DNA from: Candidatus Poriferisocius sp.
GTDB lineage: Bacteria > Actinomycetota > Acidimicrobiia > Acidimicrobiales > Bin134
Assembly: GCF_965208355.1 (NCBI RefSeq)
Contig: NZ_CBDBOM010000003.1
Coordinates: forward strand, 1,217,394 to 1,281,393
DNA length: 64,000 nt
Direction: 5' to 3'
Positions within the stretch are counted from its first letter, which is position 1; each line of letters opens with the position of its first letter. The translations under genes and the position numbers were made by a program. Below the pieces are notes generated by a model that was given only the letters and a program-made list of their open reading frames with translations, was not told where the DNA came from and searched no databases. This document shows, piece by piece, positions 10,346 to 18,709 of the stretch.

Positions 10346-11485
10346 TCAGATACTCCAGATTTGGAGCAGGTCGGGGGCGGTGAACCAGTGGCGGGTGCGT
10401 CCGGGGCTGGAGGATGGGACGTCGATGGGCGACAGGATGCCGCGGGAGGCGAGCGCAGATAGGGCGGTGCGGGCGCTGCGCTCGCTGGTGCCCAGTAGAT
10501 CGGCGACGTCGCCAGCACTCAACAGCGGCTGGGCGGGAAGATGGGGGAGTAGGGCTAGCGCCGAGTGGTCGGCTCGCAGATCGCTGACTGCCTCTTCCCA
10601 TTGAGTCAACAGCGCGCTGGTTTGATCGATGATCTGTTGGGCGGTGGCAGCGGCCCTTTCAGTGTTTTCGGCGAACCACGTGACCCACGGTTCGAGGTCC
10701 CCCTGCTCGAAGAGGCGAAGGCCGGATAAGTAGCCGCCGGGGTCGCGGGCGATGGCCATGCTGATGGGGGCGGTGGATCGGGAGGTCACTCCTTGTCGCC
10801 GCAGGGTTCGGCTGACCAACGCACGACCGAGGCGGCCGTTGCCATCGCCATAGGGGTGGATGGCCTCGAATTGGGCGTGGATCACCGCCGCGTGGGAGAC
10901 CGGGTCGATGTCTTCGGGGTCGGTGTTGGCGAAGGCGATCAGGTCGTCAACCAGCCGAGATATATCCGCGTGCGGCGGGGGAACGTAGGCCGCGTCGAGC
11001 GGCGAACTGCCTCCCACCCACCCCACTGCGGGGCGGAACACTCCGATCATGTCGGGGGGAAGACTCCCATGCTGCATGAGCTGTCGATGCCATCGGTGCA
11101 GCGCGTCGACGGTCAGCGGCTCGTGAGCGGTTTCCAAAGCCCAGTCGATCACGATGAGATTGCCAGCCACCCAGCCAGCGGTGCCGCCTGCGCCGGTTCG
11201 CTCCGCAATCAGGACCGACTCAATGGGCTCGCGCAGTCCCTCGATTCCCGAGGATGCCACCCCCTCATTGCGCAGAAGGAGCCTGGCCATGGCCTCCCAA
11301 CGGTCGGGCAGCCGGGCGTCGGCGAGCCGCAAAGCAGCACATGCCCGCTCGCAAGCCCGCGCCGCAGAGGCAGACAGCTCCGCGGGGCGCTCTCGAAGAA
11401 GGGCCGGGACCCACGCCTGGACCGGTCGGCCATTCCAGTCGACCTCAACCGAATATCCCGAATAGTCTTCCGAATCCGGCTCCAT
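10346..11485 (-). CDS. Fic family protein (AMPylase-type) with C-terminal winged-helix region
   Basis: 379 aa. Fic motif HPYGDGNGRLGR is intact. An N-terminal SSGIEG fits the (S/T)xxxE(G/N) inhibitory helix of class II Fic proteins. Confidence 0.85.
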   Translation of the reverse strand: MEPDSEDYSGYSVEVDWNGRPVQAWVPALLRERPAELSASAARACERACAALRLADARLPDRWEAMARLLLRNEGVASSGIEGLREPIESVLIAERTGAGGTAGWVAGNLIVIDWALETAHEPLTVDALHRWHRQLMQHGSLPPDMIGVFRPAVGWVGGSSPLDAAYVPPPHADISRLVDDLIAFANTDPEDIDPVSHAAVIHAQFEAIHPYGDGNGRLGRALVSRTLRRQGVTSRSTAPISMAIARDPGGYLSGLRLFEQGDLEPWVTWFAENTERAAATAQQIIDQTSALLTQWEEAVSDLRADHSALALLPHLPAQPLLSAGDVADLLGTSERSARTALSALASRGILSPIDVPSSSPGRTRHWFTAPDLLQIWSI

Positions 11486-11537
11486 TTCGGAAGACTACCA
11501 TCTAGTCTTCCGAATCCAGCTCCATTTCGGAAGACTA
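11463..11537. promoter_or_regulatory. two tandem copies (period 40 bp) of a 35-bp palindromic element spanning the fic start codon
   Basis: The sequence TAGTCTTCCGAA-N11-TTCGGAAGACTA occurs at 11463-11497 and again at 11503-11537, with one mismatch. It lies between the divergent fic and RCC1-like genes. Confidence 0.6.
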
Positions 11538-11636
11538 TTGACCTATTATTCTGAAACTAGTGGCGGCGCGGGAGTCAGATACCGAAGCGGACTCAGCGTG
11601 CCACAACTACCGCAGGCCTTTACACTCGGCGCTCAC

Positions 11637-13997
11637 ATGTTGGTCCTGGCAAGAATCCGTGTTCGAACCGGCCTCGCGCTCGCAGTGGTGCCAGCCGTGC
11701 TTGCGGTGTCGGTGTTGGTGGCAGAGTCTGGGGTGTTGGCTCAGTCGGCGGCCGATGTGGAGACGCGAGATCGATTGATCGCCGATCAGGAGAACCTTTT
11801 GAACACCTATCGGTGCCGGTTCAGTGTGGACGTGCAAGCGGTTCCGGGCGGTTGTCCAGAGCCAGATGTTGTGTCGCCAGGGGTAGCACCCCAGAGCCCG
11901 TCGCAGCATGACATCGACGTGCGTGACGGGCTGATCCAGAACCAAGAGGCGCTGTTGAATACCTATCGGTGTCGGTTCAACATCGACACCGAGGTGGTCC
12001 CTGGCGGCTGTGGCGAGTCGACAGTTGACCACGCTGCCTCTGGCATCGAGGCTAGATGGCTTCGTGATCCGACTTGCCGCAACGTCTATCGCTGGTGGAA
12101 CGGTGAGCAATGGACAGACAAGGTGGCGAACGACGGGATTGCGAGCACTGATCCTCTCCGAAACGACGACAATTTGTTGCCTCCCAGGACGACTAGCGAT
12201 GAGCGAGACTGCATCGGGCCGGACTGGCTGCCAGACCCCACCTGCAGAAACACGTATCGGTGGTGGGACGGCCAGCAGTGGACTGACAGGGTGTGGAACG
12301 ACGGGGCTAGGGGCACTGACCCGCTTCAAAGCGGAGAGAACCCGTCGCCGCCTGTCATGGGCGAGACACCTGACTGCACCGATGACCAGACCAGCGAATC
12401 CGAATCGATAACTCCCTCTACCGACCCTCTAGCCAAGGCACCAGCAGAAGTAGGCATCTCGGCCGGCGCTACCAATTCGTGCGCGTTACGGGCCAATGGG
12501 AAGGCGGTTTGCTGGGGTGGCAACGATGTCGGTCAGATAGATGCCCCTGAGGGTACTTTCATTGCCATTTCCACCAAATACAGACTCTCGTGTGGGCTGC
12601 GCGAAGACGGCACCGTGGAGTGTTGGGGCGACAATACCTACGGACAGCTGGAAGTTCCGACGGGCAGCTACAGCACAATCTCCGCAGGCTATAGCCACGC
12701 TTGCGGGCTGCGAATGGACGGATCAGCCATTTGCTGGGGCCGCAACAACCACGGTCAGCTGGACGCCCCCAAAGGAGCATTCATCGCATTGTCAGTTGGC
12801 AGTATCCACGCTTGCGGGCTGCGAATCGACGGATCAGCTATTTGCTGGGGCAGTAACAAATTTGGCAAGTTGGACGCCCCCAAAGGAGCATTCACTGCTG
12901 TATCTGCCGGATGGACGTATTCGTGTGGGCTGCGCGATGACGGCACCGCCGTATGCTGGGGGAGCAATAGCGATGGTCAGCTCGACGTGCCGGAAGGCCA
13001 TTACAACAGCCTCTCATCCGGCGGCAACCACGCTTGCGGATTGCGGGAAGACGGCACCGCCGTATGCTGGGGCCGCAACAGAGATGGCCAGGCCGACCCT
13101 CCCAAGGGAACATATGCCGGAGTTTCGGCTGGCACTGTTCATTCTTGCGCCAAAACCGCCGATGGCGGAATCACGTGCTGGGGCGGGAACGGATTCGGCC
13201 AAGCCGACACCCCCGGCGCCAAATACACGGCGGTTTACGCAGGTTCTCAACACTCATGTGGATTGAGAGACGACGGTGCTCTCATTTGCTTTGGATTCGA
13301 TTTTGCTGGCGAAACCAAGCCTCCCAGTGGCAGCTTCAAAGCCGTCTCGGCTGGCAGCCAGTACACCTGCGGTTTGCGTACCAATGGAACTGCCGTGTGT
13401 TGGGGTAGCGAAGTCTCAGGCCGAACCCGTGCTCGCGGTGGGACCTTTACGGCGATCTCTGCCGGAAGTGTCCACGTATGCGGATTGAGGGCCAGTGGGA
13501 CTGTGGTTTGCTGGGGTGGGAACAGATCCGGCCAAGCCGACGCGCCTGCGGGCCTTTATTCCGCGATTTCCGCTGGCGGGGCACACTCTTGTGCATTGAG
13601 GGCCAGTGGGACTGTGGTTTGCTGGGGCGAAAACAATTTTGGCCAGCTCGACGTGCCCGAAGGAGCCTATACGGCGATCGCTGCTGGCTCTTCTCATACA
13701 TGCGGGTTGAGGATGGATGGGACCATCACCTGCTGGGGCAAAGACGGGGACGATGCCATTGCCTCTGGATCACCTGAAGGTATATTCACCGACGTTTCGG
13801 CCAGATGGTCCCATGCATGCGGGTTGAGGACGGATGGGACCATCACCTGTTGGGGCGAAGACGGACATGGAGAGATTGTCACTAGAACACCTAGGGGAAC
13901 CTTTGCGGCGATCTCTGCCGGGGGTATGCACGTATGCGGGTTGAAGGCGGATGGGACCATCACCTGCTGGGGTATTCCGAGCTACCAGACAAGATAG
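11637..13997 (+). CDS. secreted RCC1-like beta-propeller repeat protein (14 blades) with N-terminal Cys-pair modules and two DUF2510-like WW motifs
   Basis: ATG 11637 gives the signal peptide MLVLARIRVRTGLALAVVPAVLAVSVLVAESGVLAQS. This is followed by 2x the RDxLI..YRC..VPGGC module and 2x WLxDPTCRNxYRWWxGxQWTD. Fourteen units of the SAGxxHxCGLRxDGTxxCWGxNxxGQxDxP type follow. The ORF-track TTG start at 11538 is rejected. Confidence 0.8.
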   Translation: MLVLARIRVRTGLALAVVPAVLAVSVLVAESGVLAQSAADVETRDRLIADQENLLNTYRCRFSVDVQAVPGGCPEPDVVSPGVAPQSPSQHDIDVRDGLIQNQEALLNTYRCRFNIDTEVVPGGCGESTVDHAASGIEARWLRDPTCRNVYRWWNGEQWTDKVANDGIASTDPLRNDDNLLPPRTTSDERDCIGPDWLPDPTCRNTYRWWDGQQWTDRVWNDGARGTDPLQSGENPSPPVMGETPDCTDDQTSESESITPSTDPLAKAPAEVGISAGATNSCALRANGKAVCWGGNDVGQIDAPEGTFIAISTKYRLSCGLREDGTVECWGDNTYGQLEVPTGSYSTISAGYSHACGLRMDGSAICWGRNNHGQLDAPKGAFIALSVGSIHACGLRIDGSAICWGSNKFGKLDAPKGAFTAVSAGWTYSCGLRDDGTAVCWGSNSDGQLDVPEGHYNSLSSGGNHACGLREDGTAVCWGRNRDGQADPPKGTYAGVSAGTVHSCAKTADGGITCWGGNGFGQADTPGAKYTAVYAGSQHSCGLRDDGALICFGFDFAGETKPPSGSFKAVSAGSQYTCGLRTNGTAVCWGSEVSGRTRARGGTFTAISAGSVHVCGLRASGTVVCWGGNRSGQADAPAGLYSAISAGGAHSCALRASGTVVCWGENNFGQLDVPEGAYTAIAAGSSHTCGLRMDGTITCWGKDGDDAIASGSPEGIFTDVSARWSHACGLRTDGTITCWGEDGHGEIVTRTPRGTFAAISAGGMHVCGLKADGTITCWGIPSYQTR

Positions 13998-14110
13998 ATG
14001 GCAAGAACGAATTCTCGGGATAGATGAACCCCAGTGGAATCAAGTCAATGGCCGGATGGGAAAAGAGCCATGCGGTGAGATTCTCATCTGTTCTGAAGGC
14101 TCAGTAACCT

Positions 14111-14482
14111 CTGCGCATCCTGATCTCGTTTGACATCGACGGCACGCTGGAGTGCGGTGATCCGCCGGGGCCGATACTGCTGGAAGCGATGCGGCAGGCC
14201 AAGGCCAGGGGCTTTGTGATCGGCAGCGGCTCCGATCGGGTGCGCTCCGACCAGCAGCGACTGTGGGATATCCACGGGATCGACGTGGACTTCGTGGGCG
14301 GCAAGCACCATTTGGACGAGGTGCGGAACCAGTTCGAGGCCAGCCGCTACATTCACATCGGCGACACCGACGTCGACCGGTACTACGCCGAGGCGGCTGG
14401 ATTTGAGTTCCTGCACGTGGAGGAACTGGAAGGCGTCTCCAACGCGCTGGCCGGATCAGATTTCTTCGACTGGCTGGGTTAG
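14111..14482 (+). CDS. small HAD-superfamily hydrolase (start codon unresolved)
   Basis: The frame reads LRILISFDIDGTLECGD... (HAD motif I DxDGT) and later HIGDTDVD (motif IV-like). The first ATG at 14189 is downstream of motif I. Only CTG 14111/14120 or ATC 14117 lie between the in-frame stop (14105-14107) and the motif. Confidence 0.55.
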   Translation: MRILISFDIDGTLECGDPPGPILLEAMRQAKARGFVIGSGSDRVRSDQQRLWDIHGIDVDFVGGKHHLDEVRNQFEASRYIHIGDTDVDRYYAEAAGFEFLHVEELEGVSNALAGSDFFDWLG

Positions 14483-15615
14483 CCCCGCAGTTTGCGCAAC
14501 TCAGCTAGCGCTTGTTCGAGAGCGCTGGCCGCGGCGTCCACGTCTGCATCCGTAGTCGACCACCCCACCGACAGGCGCAGCGAGTGGTGGGCATCCACCC
14601 CCATGGCTTCGAGCACCGGCGACGGCTCCAGCGACTCCGAGGCGCACGAGCTGCCGGAGTGGGCGGCCACCCCGGCCCGGTCCAATGCGATCAGCACGGC
14701 TTGGGGCTCCACGTCGTCGATGCCCAGGCACACCAGATGGGGGAGGCACTCGGTGGGGTGGCCATAGAGCTCGACACCCTCAATGCTCTGAGCCAGGTCG
14801 CGCAGCTTGTCGGTGTGGAATTGGGCTCGGCTGGCCTCCTGCTCCAAGCCGCCGTCCTCGAGCACAGCGCATGCCGCGGCAAAGCCGGCGATGGCCGCGC
14901 CGTTCTCCAGACCGGCCCGGCGAGCCCGTTCCTGGTCGCCGCCCTCCAAGAGAGGCACTAGGCGCAGGCCGCGGCGCACCAGCAAGGCACCGATGCCCGG
15001 CGGTCCCCCAAACTTGTGGGCGCTGATGGACATCAAATCGGCGCCGGTCTCGGCAAAATCGATCGGAACCTGGCCCGCGGCCGCGGCGGCATCTATATGG
15101 ATGAGCACTTCCGGCGATCGCTCACGGCAAGCCGCCACCATCTCGGCCACCGGCTGCGCCGTGCCCACCTCGTGGTTGGCCCACTGGCAGTGGACGGCGG
15201 CGGTGTCGGGCCCGATGGCCGCGGCCATCTCGGCGGGGTCCACCCTCCCGGTGCTGTCCACTCCCACCACAGTGGCCTGGTAGTCGTTCGCTTCCAGCCG
15301 CTCAACCGACAGCCGCACCGCCGAATGCTCTACCGCGCTGAGCACCTGATGGGTTCCCCGGTACGACGATCCCCGCACCGCGGCGGCGATCGACTCGGTA
15401 GCACCGCTAGTGAACACCACCTCCCGCGAGCGGGCGCCGAAGCAATCGGCCACCTGCTGGCGGGCCTGCTCGATCTCATAGCGGGCGGTGAGCGCCTCGG
15501 CGTGCATACGGGAGGGGTCGCCGTGGCCGGCGGCCCACCACTGGTTCATGGCCGACAGCGCCTCGGGTCGGAGGGGAGAGGTGGACGCGTGGTCGAGATA
15601 GTGGCGTCGGGTCAC
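14479..15615 (-). CDS. cysteine desulfurase (class V aminotransferase, NifS/IscS-like)
   Basis: 378 aa, GTG start. PLP-lysine region SISAHKFGGPPGIG and catalytic-Cys region HSGSSCAS are present. Confidence 0.88.
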   Translation of the reverse strand: MTRRHYLDHASTSPLRPEALSAMNQWWAAGHGDPSRMHAEALTARYEIEQARQQVADCFGARSREVVFTSGATESIAAAVRGSSYRGTHQVLSAVEHSAVRLSVERLEANDYQATVVGVDSTGRVDPAEMAAAIGPDTAAVHCQWANHEVGTAQPVAEMVAACRERSPEVLIHIDAAAAAGQVPIDFAETGADLMSISAHKFGGPPGIGALLVRRGLRLVPLLEGGDQERARRAGLENGAAIAGFAAACAVLEDGGLEQEASRAQFHTDKLRDLAQSIEGVELYGHPTECLPHLVCLGIDDVEPQAVLIALDRAGVAAHSGSSCASESLEPSPVLEAMGVDAHHSLRLSVGWSTTDADVDAAASALEQALAELRKLRG

Positions 15616-15688
15616 GGCACTTGAGGGGTCATAGCGCGGGGTTGGTCACGGCACAGGGATTTCTGAGTCGATGCCGTAATCTACCGGC

Positions 15689-16531
15689 ATGGCTCCCGCA
15701 GGCGACACCCCCGCCCCGCCGCGCCGGACCATTCCCTTCACCGAGCCGACGTCAACCACCCGGGTGTTGCTGATCGCCTCGGGCAAGGGCGGTGTGGGCA
15801 AGTCGTCGGTCACGGTCAATCTGGGGGTGGCATTGGCCGCCGCCGGGCATCGCACCGCGGTGGTGGATGCCGACGTTTGGGGCTTCTCGGTGCCCCGGAT
15901 GCTGGGCATCAACCAAGAACCGCAAATGGTGGGCGAGATGATCGTGCCCCCCGAGGCACACGGCGTGCGGTGCATCTCCATGGGTTTCTTCGCCGAGGAA
16001 GATCAGGCGGTGATCTGGCGGGGGCCCATGCTCCACAAAGCACTGGAGCAGTTCCTCACCGACGTGGCCTGGGACGACCCCGACTATCTCCTGGTGGACC
16101 TGCCGCCGGGCACCGGCGACATCTCCATCTCGTTGGCCCAGTTCCTGCCCCGCTCCGAGGTCTATGTGGTTACCACCCCCCAGCCCGCCGCCCAGCGAGT
16201 GGCTCAGCGGGCCGCGTTCATGGCCGAGAAGGTGAACCTCACCGTGCGAGGGGTGATCGAGAACATGAGCTGGTTCACCGGAGACGACGGCAAGCGGTAC
16301 GAGCTGTTCGGCGCCGGGGGAGGCCAAGAACTGGCCGACCGGCTCGAAGTGCCGCTGATCGGGCGGGTGCCGCTGATTCCCGCCCTACGGGAGGGTGCCG
16401 ACAGCGGCCGGCCGATTGCCGCCGAGGCCCCGGACTCCGAAGCCGGCCAGGCCTTTGCCGCCATGGCCGCCCATCTGGTGGACAACCCGCCGCCCCGGCG
16501 CATCTACAGCCCAGAGCTGAAGATCAACTAG
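15689..16531 (+). CDS. Mrp/ApbC-type Fe-S cluster carrier ATPase
   Basis: 280 aa with the deviant Walker A ASGKGGVGKSS and a MinD/Mrp-family body. It lacks the N-terminal DUF59 extension seen in many actinobacterial Mrp proteins. Confidence 0.85.
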   Translation: MAPAGDTPAPPRRTIPFTEPTSTTRVLLIASGKGGVGKSSVTVNLGVALAAAGHRTAVVDADVWGFSVPRMLGINQEPQMVGEMIVPPEAHGVRCISMGFFAEEDQAVIWRGPMLHKALEQFLTDVAWDDPDYLLVDLPPGTGDISISLAQFLPRSEVYVVTTPQPAAQRVAQRAAFMAEKVNLTVRGVIENMSWFTGDDGKRYELFGAGGGQELADRLEVPLIGRVPLIPALREGADSGRPIAAEAPDSEAGQAFAAMAAHLVDNPPPRRIYSPELKIN

Positions 16532-16554
16532 GTCAAATTCAAGGAGAGCAGTCA

Positions 16555-16785
16555 ATGCATGTTCGAATCGGCGTCATCCGCAGCCAAAAGGAGATCGAGG
16601 TGGAATTGGACCCCGACTCCGAGATGGAGACGGTGAAGAAAGCCATCACCGCGGGCCTGGCGTCGGGCGAGATGCTGTGGCTCACCGACCACCGGGGCCG
16701 CGAGGTGGGCGTCCCGGCCGCCAGCGTGGCTTACGTGGAACTCGACCCTTCAGCCTCCGGTCGATCCATCGGCTTCGGGAGCTAG
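16555..16785 (+). CDS. DUF3107-family small protein
   Basis: 76 aa, MHVRIGVIRSQKEIEVELDP...LWLTDHRGREVGVPAASVAYVEL, preceded by AAGGAG. It matches my recollection of the conserved actinobacterial DUF3107 protein. Confidence 0.7.
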   Translation: MHVRIGVIRSQKEIEVELDPDSEMETVKKAITAGLASGEMLWLTDHRGREVGVPAASVAYVELDPSASGRSIGFGS

Positions 16786-16811
16786 TCGATTCCCAGCCAT
16801 AAACTTGGCTG

Positions 16812-18317
16812 ATGGCGAGCCTGGAGGAATTGGCCCCCGGTCTAGCCAAGTCGCGCCTGAACCACCTCCAGCGGCTCATGCGGACGTGGGCGCCGCTGGC
16901 TGACATCTCCTTTGCCGATTTGCTGTTGTATGTGCCCGCCAGCCAGTCCACCGCCAGCCCGGCGAGCTCCAGTCCGGCGAGCTACGCCATAGCAGGGCAG
17001 ATCCGGCCCACCACAGCCCGCTCCATCCATCGCAACAACTTGGTGGGAGCGGTGTTCACCCCCGAGCAGCGTCCGCTGGTGGACGTGGCCTATCGGGAGG
17101 GGCGGATAACCGACGGCGGGCGGATCGCCCACACCGACCAGCCCCGCATCCGCACGCTGACTGTGCCGGTGAACTGCCACGGCGAGGTGGTGGCGGTGAT
17201 GGCCCGGGAGTTCGATCCCGACACCCAGCGAAACCCCGGTGAGCTGGAGATGAGCTACTTCAAGCTGTTTAGGCGGCTGGCGACCATGATCGCCGAGGGG
17301 GAGTACCCGTTCCCGGTGGACGACATCGAGACCGAGGAGTCTCCCCGGGTGGGCGACGGGCTGATGCTGCTCGATGCCTCAGGCCGGGTTCAGCTCATTT
17401 CGCCCAACGCCGCCTCGGCGCTGCATCGCATTGGCCTCCACAGCGATGTGGAGGGCCGCCGGCTGGTGGACATCGGCCTGGAGCAGCGGGCCATCCGGGC
17501 CGCGTTCGCCTCGCGCCTGCCCCAGACAGAGGAGATTCAGCACGGAGATCGGGGCACTGTGGTGCTGCGCTGTTTGCCGCTGATCGGGCGGGGAGAGGTC
17601 ACCGGCGCATTGGTGCTGATGCGCGACATCTCTGAGCTGCGCCGCCGGGACCGGCTGTTGATGTCCAAAGACGCCACCATCGCCGAGATCCACCACCGGG
17701 TGAAGAACAACCTCCAGACGGTGTCGTCGCTATTGCGCCTGCAGGGGCGCCGGGCCGTCGCCGCCGAGGCCCGCGATGCCATCGAGGAGTCGGTGAGGCG
17801 CATCCGGGCGATCGCCATCGTCCATGAGATTCTGTCGCGCGACGCCAGCAGCGACGTTCCGTTTGTGGAGATCGTGCGGTCGCTGGTGCGCATGGTGGAG
17901 GAGGGGCTGACCGGCCCGGACCGGCCGGTTGAGTTCAAGGTGAGCGGCGATGCCGGAGAGCTGGCGGCCGACGTGGCCACGCCGCTGGCGGTGGTGCTGA
18001 ACGAGTGCTTGCAGAACGTGATGGACCACGCCTACCCCGAGCCCCCTGGCGGGCAGGTGCGCATCGAGTTGGACAACGACGGCGATCAGGTGAAGGTGCG
18101 GGTGACTGACGACGGTGTCGGGCTGCCGCCCGGCTTCGACGTGGACAGCGCCGATGGATTGGGTATCGCCATCGTGAGAAATCTGGTGAGCGCCGACCTA
18201 CGGGGCAGCATCACTATGAGCAACGGCGAGGGGGATCAGCCGCGTCGCGGCACTGTTGTAGAAGTGGCCATTCCCCTGTTAGGGGTCGCTCCCCGCCAGA
18301 GCGCTAAGCCAAGATGA
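16812..18317 (+). CDS. pdtaS: PdtaS-like soluble sensor histidine kinase (GAF/PAS + HisKA_2 + HATPase)
   Basis: 501 aa. H-box EIHHRVKNNLQTVSSLLRLQ and ATPase region NECLQNVMDHAY...DDGVGLP are present. It is convergent with a whiB gene, as in the Mycobacterium pdtaS-whiB1 arrangement. Confidence 0.8.
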   Translation: MASLEELAPGLAKSRLNHLQRLMRTWAPLADISFADLLLYVPASQSTASPASSSPASYAIAGQIRPTTARSIHRNNLVGAVFTPEQRPLVDVAYREGRITDGGRIAHTDQPRIRTLTVPVNCHGEVVAVMAREFDPDTQRNPGELEMSYFKLFRRLATMIAEGEYPFPVDDIETEESPRVGDGLMLLDASGRVQLISPNAASALHRIGLHSDVEGRRLVDIGLEQRAIRAAFASRLPQTEEIQHGDRGTVVLRCLPLIGRGEVTGALVLMRDISELRRRDRLLMSKDATIAEIHHRVKNNLQTVSSLLRLQGRRAVAAEARDAIEESVRRIRAIAIVHEILSRDASSDVPFVEIVRSLVRMVEEGLTGPDRPVEFKVSGDAGELAADVATPLAVVLNECLQNVMDHAYPEPPGGQVRIELDNDGDQVKVRVTDDGVGLPPGFDVDSADGLGIAIVRNLVSADLRGSITMSNGEGDQPRRGTVVEVAIPLLGVAPRQSAKPR

Positions 18318-18609
18318 TGGCTGCCTCGCGCTGCTCGGCCACCCAGCGGCGACGGAGCAAGCGGCGCTCATCCTCAGAGGTGCCGCCCCAGATACCCGAG
18401 TCCTGGTTGGTGGCCAAGGCGAACTCCAGGCAGTCGCTTTGGGCGTCGCAGGCCTGGCACACCACCTTGGCCGACTCGATCTGCTCAAGGGCCAATCCCG
18501 TGCTTCCCACCGGGAAGAACAGGTCGGGATCGGTATCACGGCAGGCCGCTTGGCACCGCCAATCGTCCGCACCGTTTTCGAATTTCTCCAGCAAGGTCTT
18601 CGTAATCAC
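18304..18609 (-). CDS. whiB: WhiB-family redox-sensing transcription factor
   Basis: Four Cys in WRCQAACRDTDPDLFFP...AKVVCQACDAQSDCLEFAL, then GIWGGTSEDERR, the classic WhiB layout. GTG start; the exact start is uncertain. Confidence 0.88.
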   Translation of the reverse strand: MITKTLLEKFENGADDWRCQAACRDTDPDLFFPVGSTGLALEQIESAKVVCQACDAQSDCLEFALATNQDSGIWGGTSEDERRLLRRRWVAEQREAAIILA

Positions 18610-18709
18610 GCGGGCACAAGGATAGGGGTGGTCTACTGATGTGGCAAGAGGGGCTTATGGTGAACATGTTTATTTCTGATAATCGTGTTGTGATTGTGGG
18701 GGGTTTCTC

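Noticed and set aside
11538-11636. The ORF-track TTG start at 11538 for the first RCC1-like protein (an extra 33 codons, MTYYSETSGG...).
   Set aside because: It begins inside the distal palindrome and adds a non-signal-like extension. ATG 11637 gives a standard signal peptide directly comparable with the two paralogues.
15616-15688. A possible missing N-terminal DUF59 domain of the Mrp/ApbC ATPase (truncation or frameshift).
   Set aside because: Only 73 nt separate it from the divergent desulfurase gene and no DUF59-like frame is visible. Short Mrp forms without DUF59 exist, so this is treated as a natural short form.
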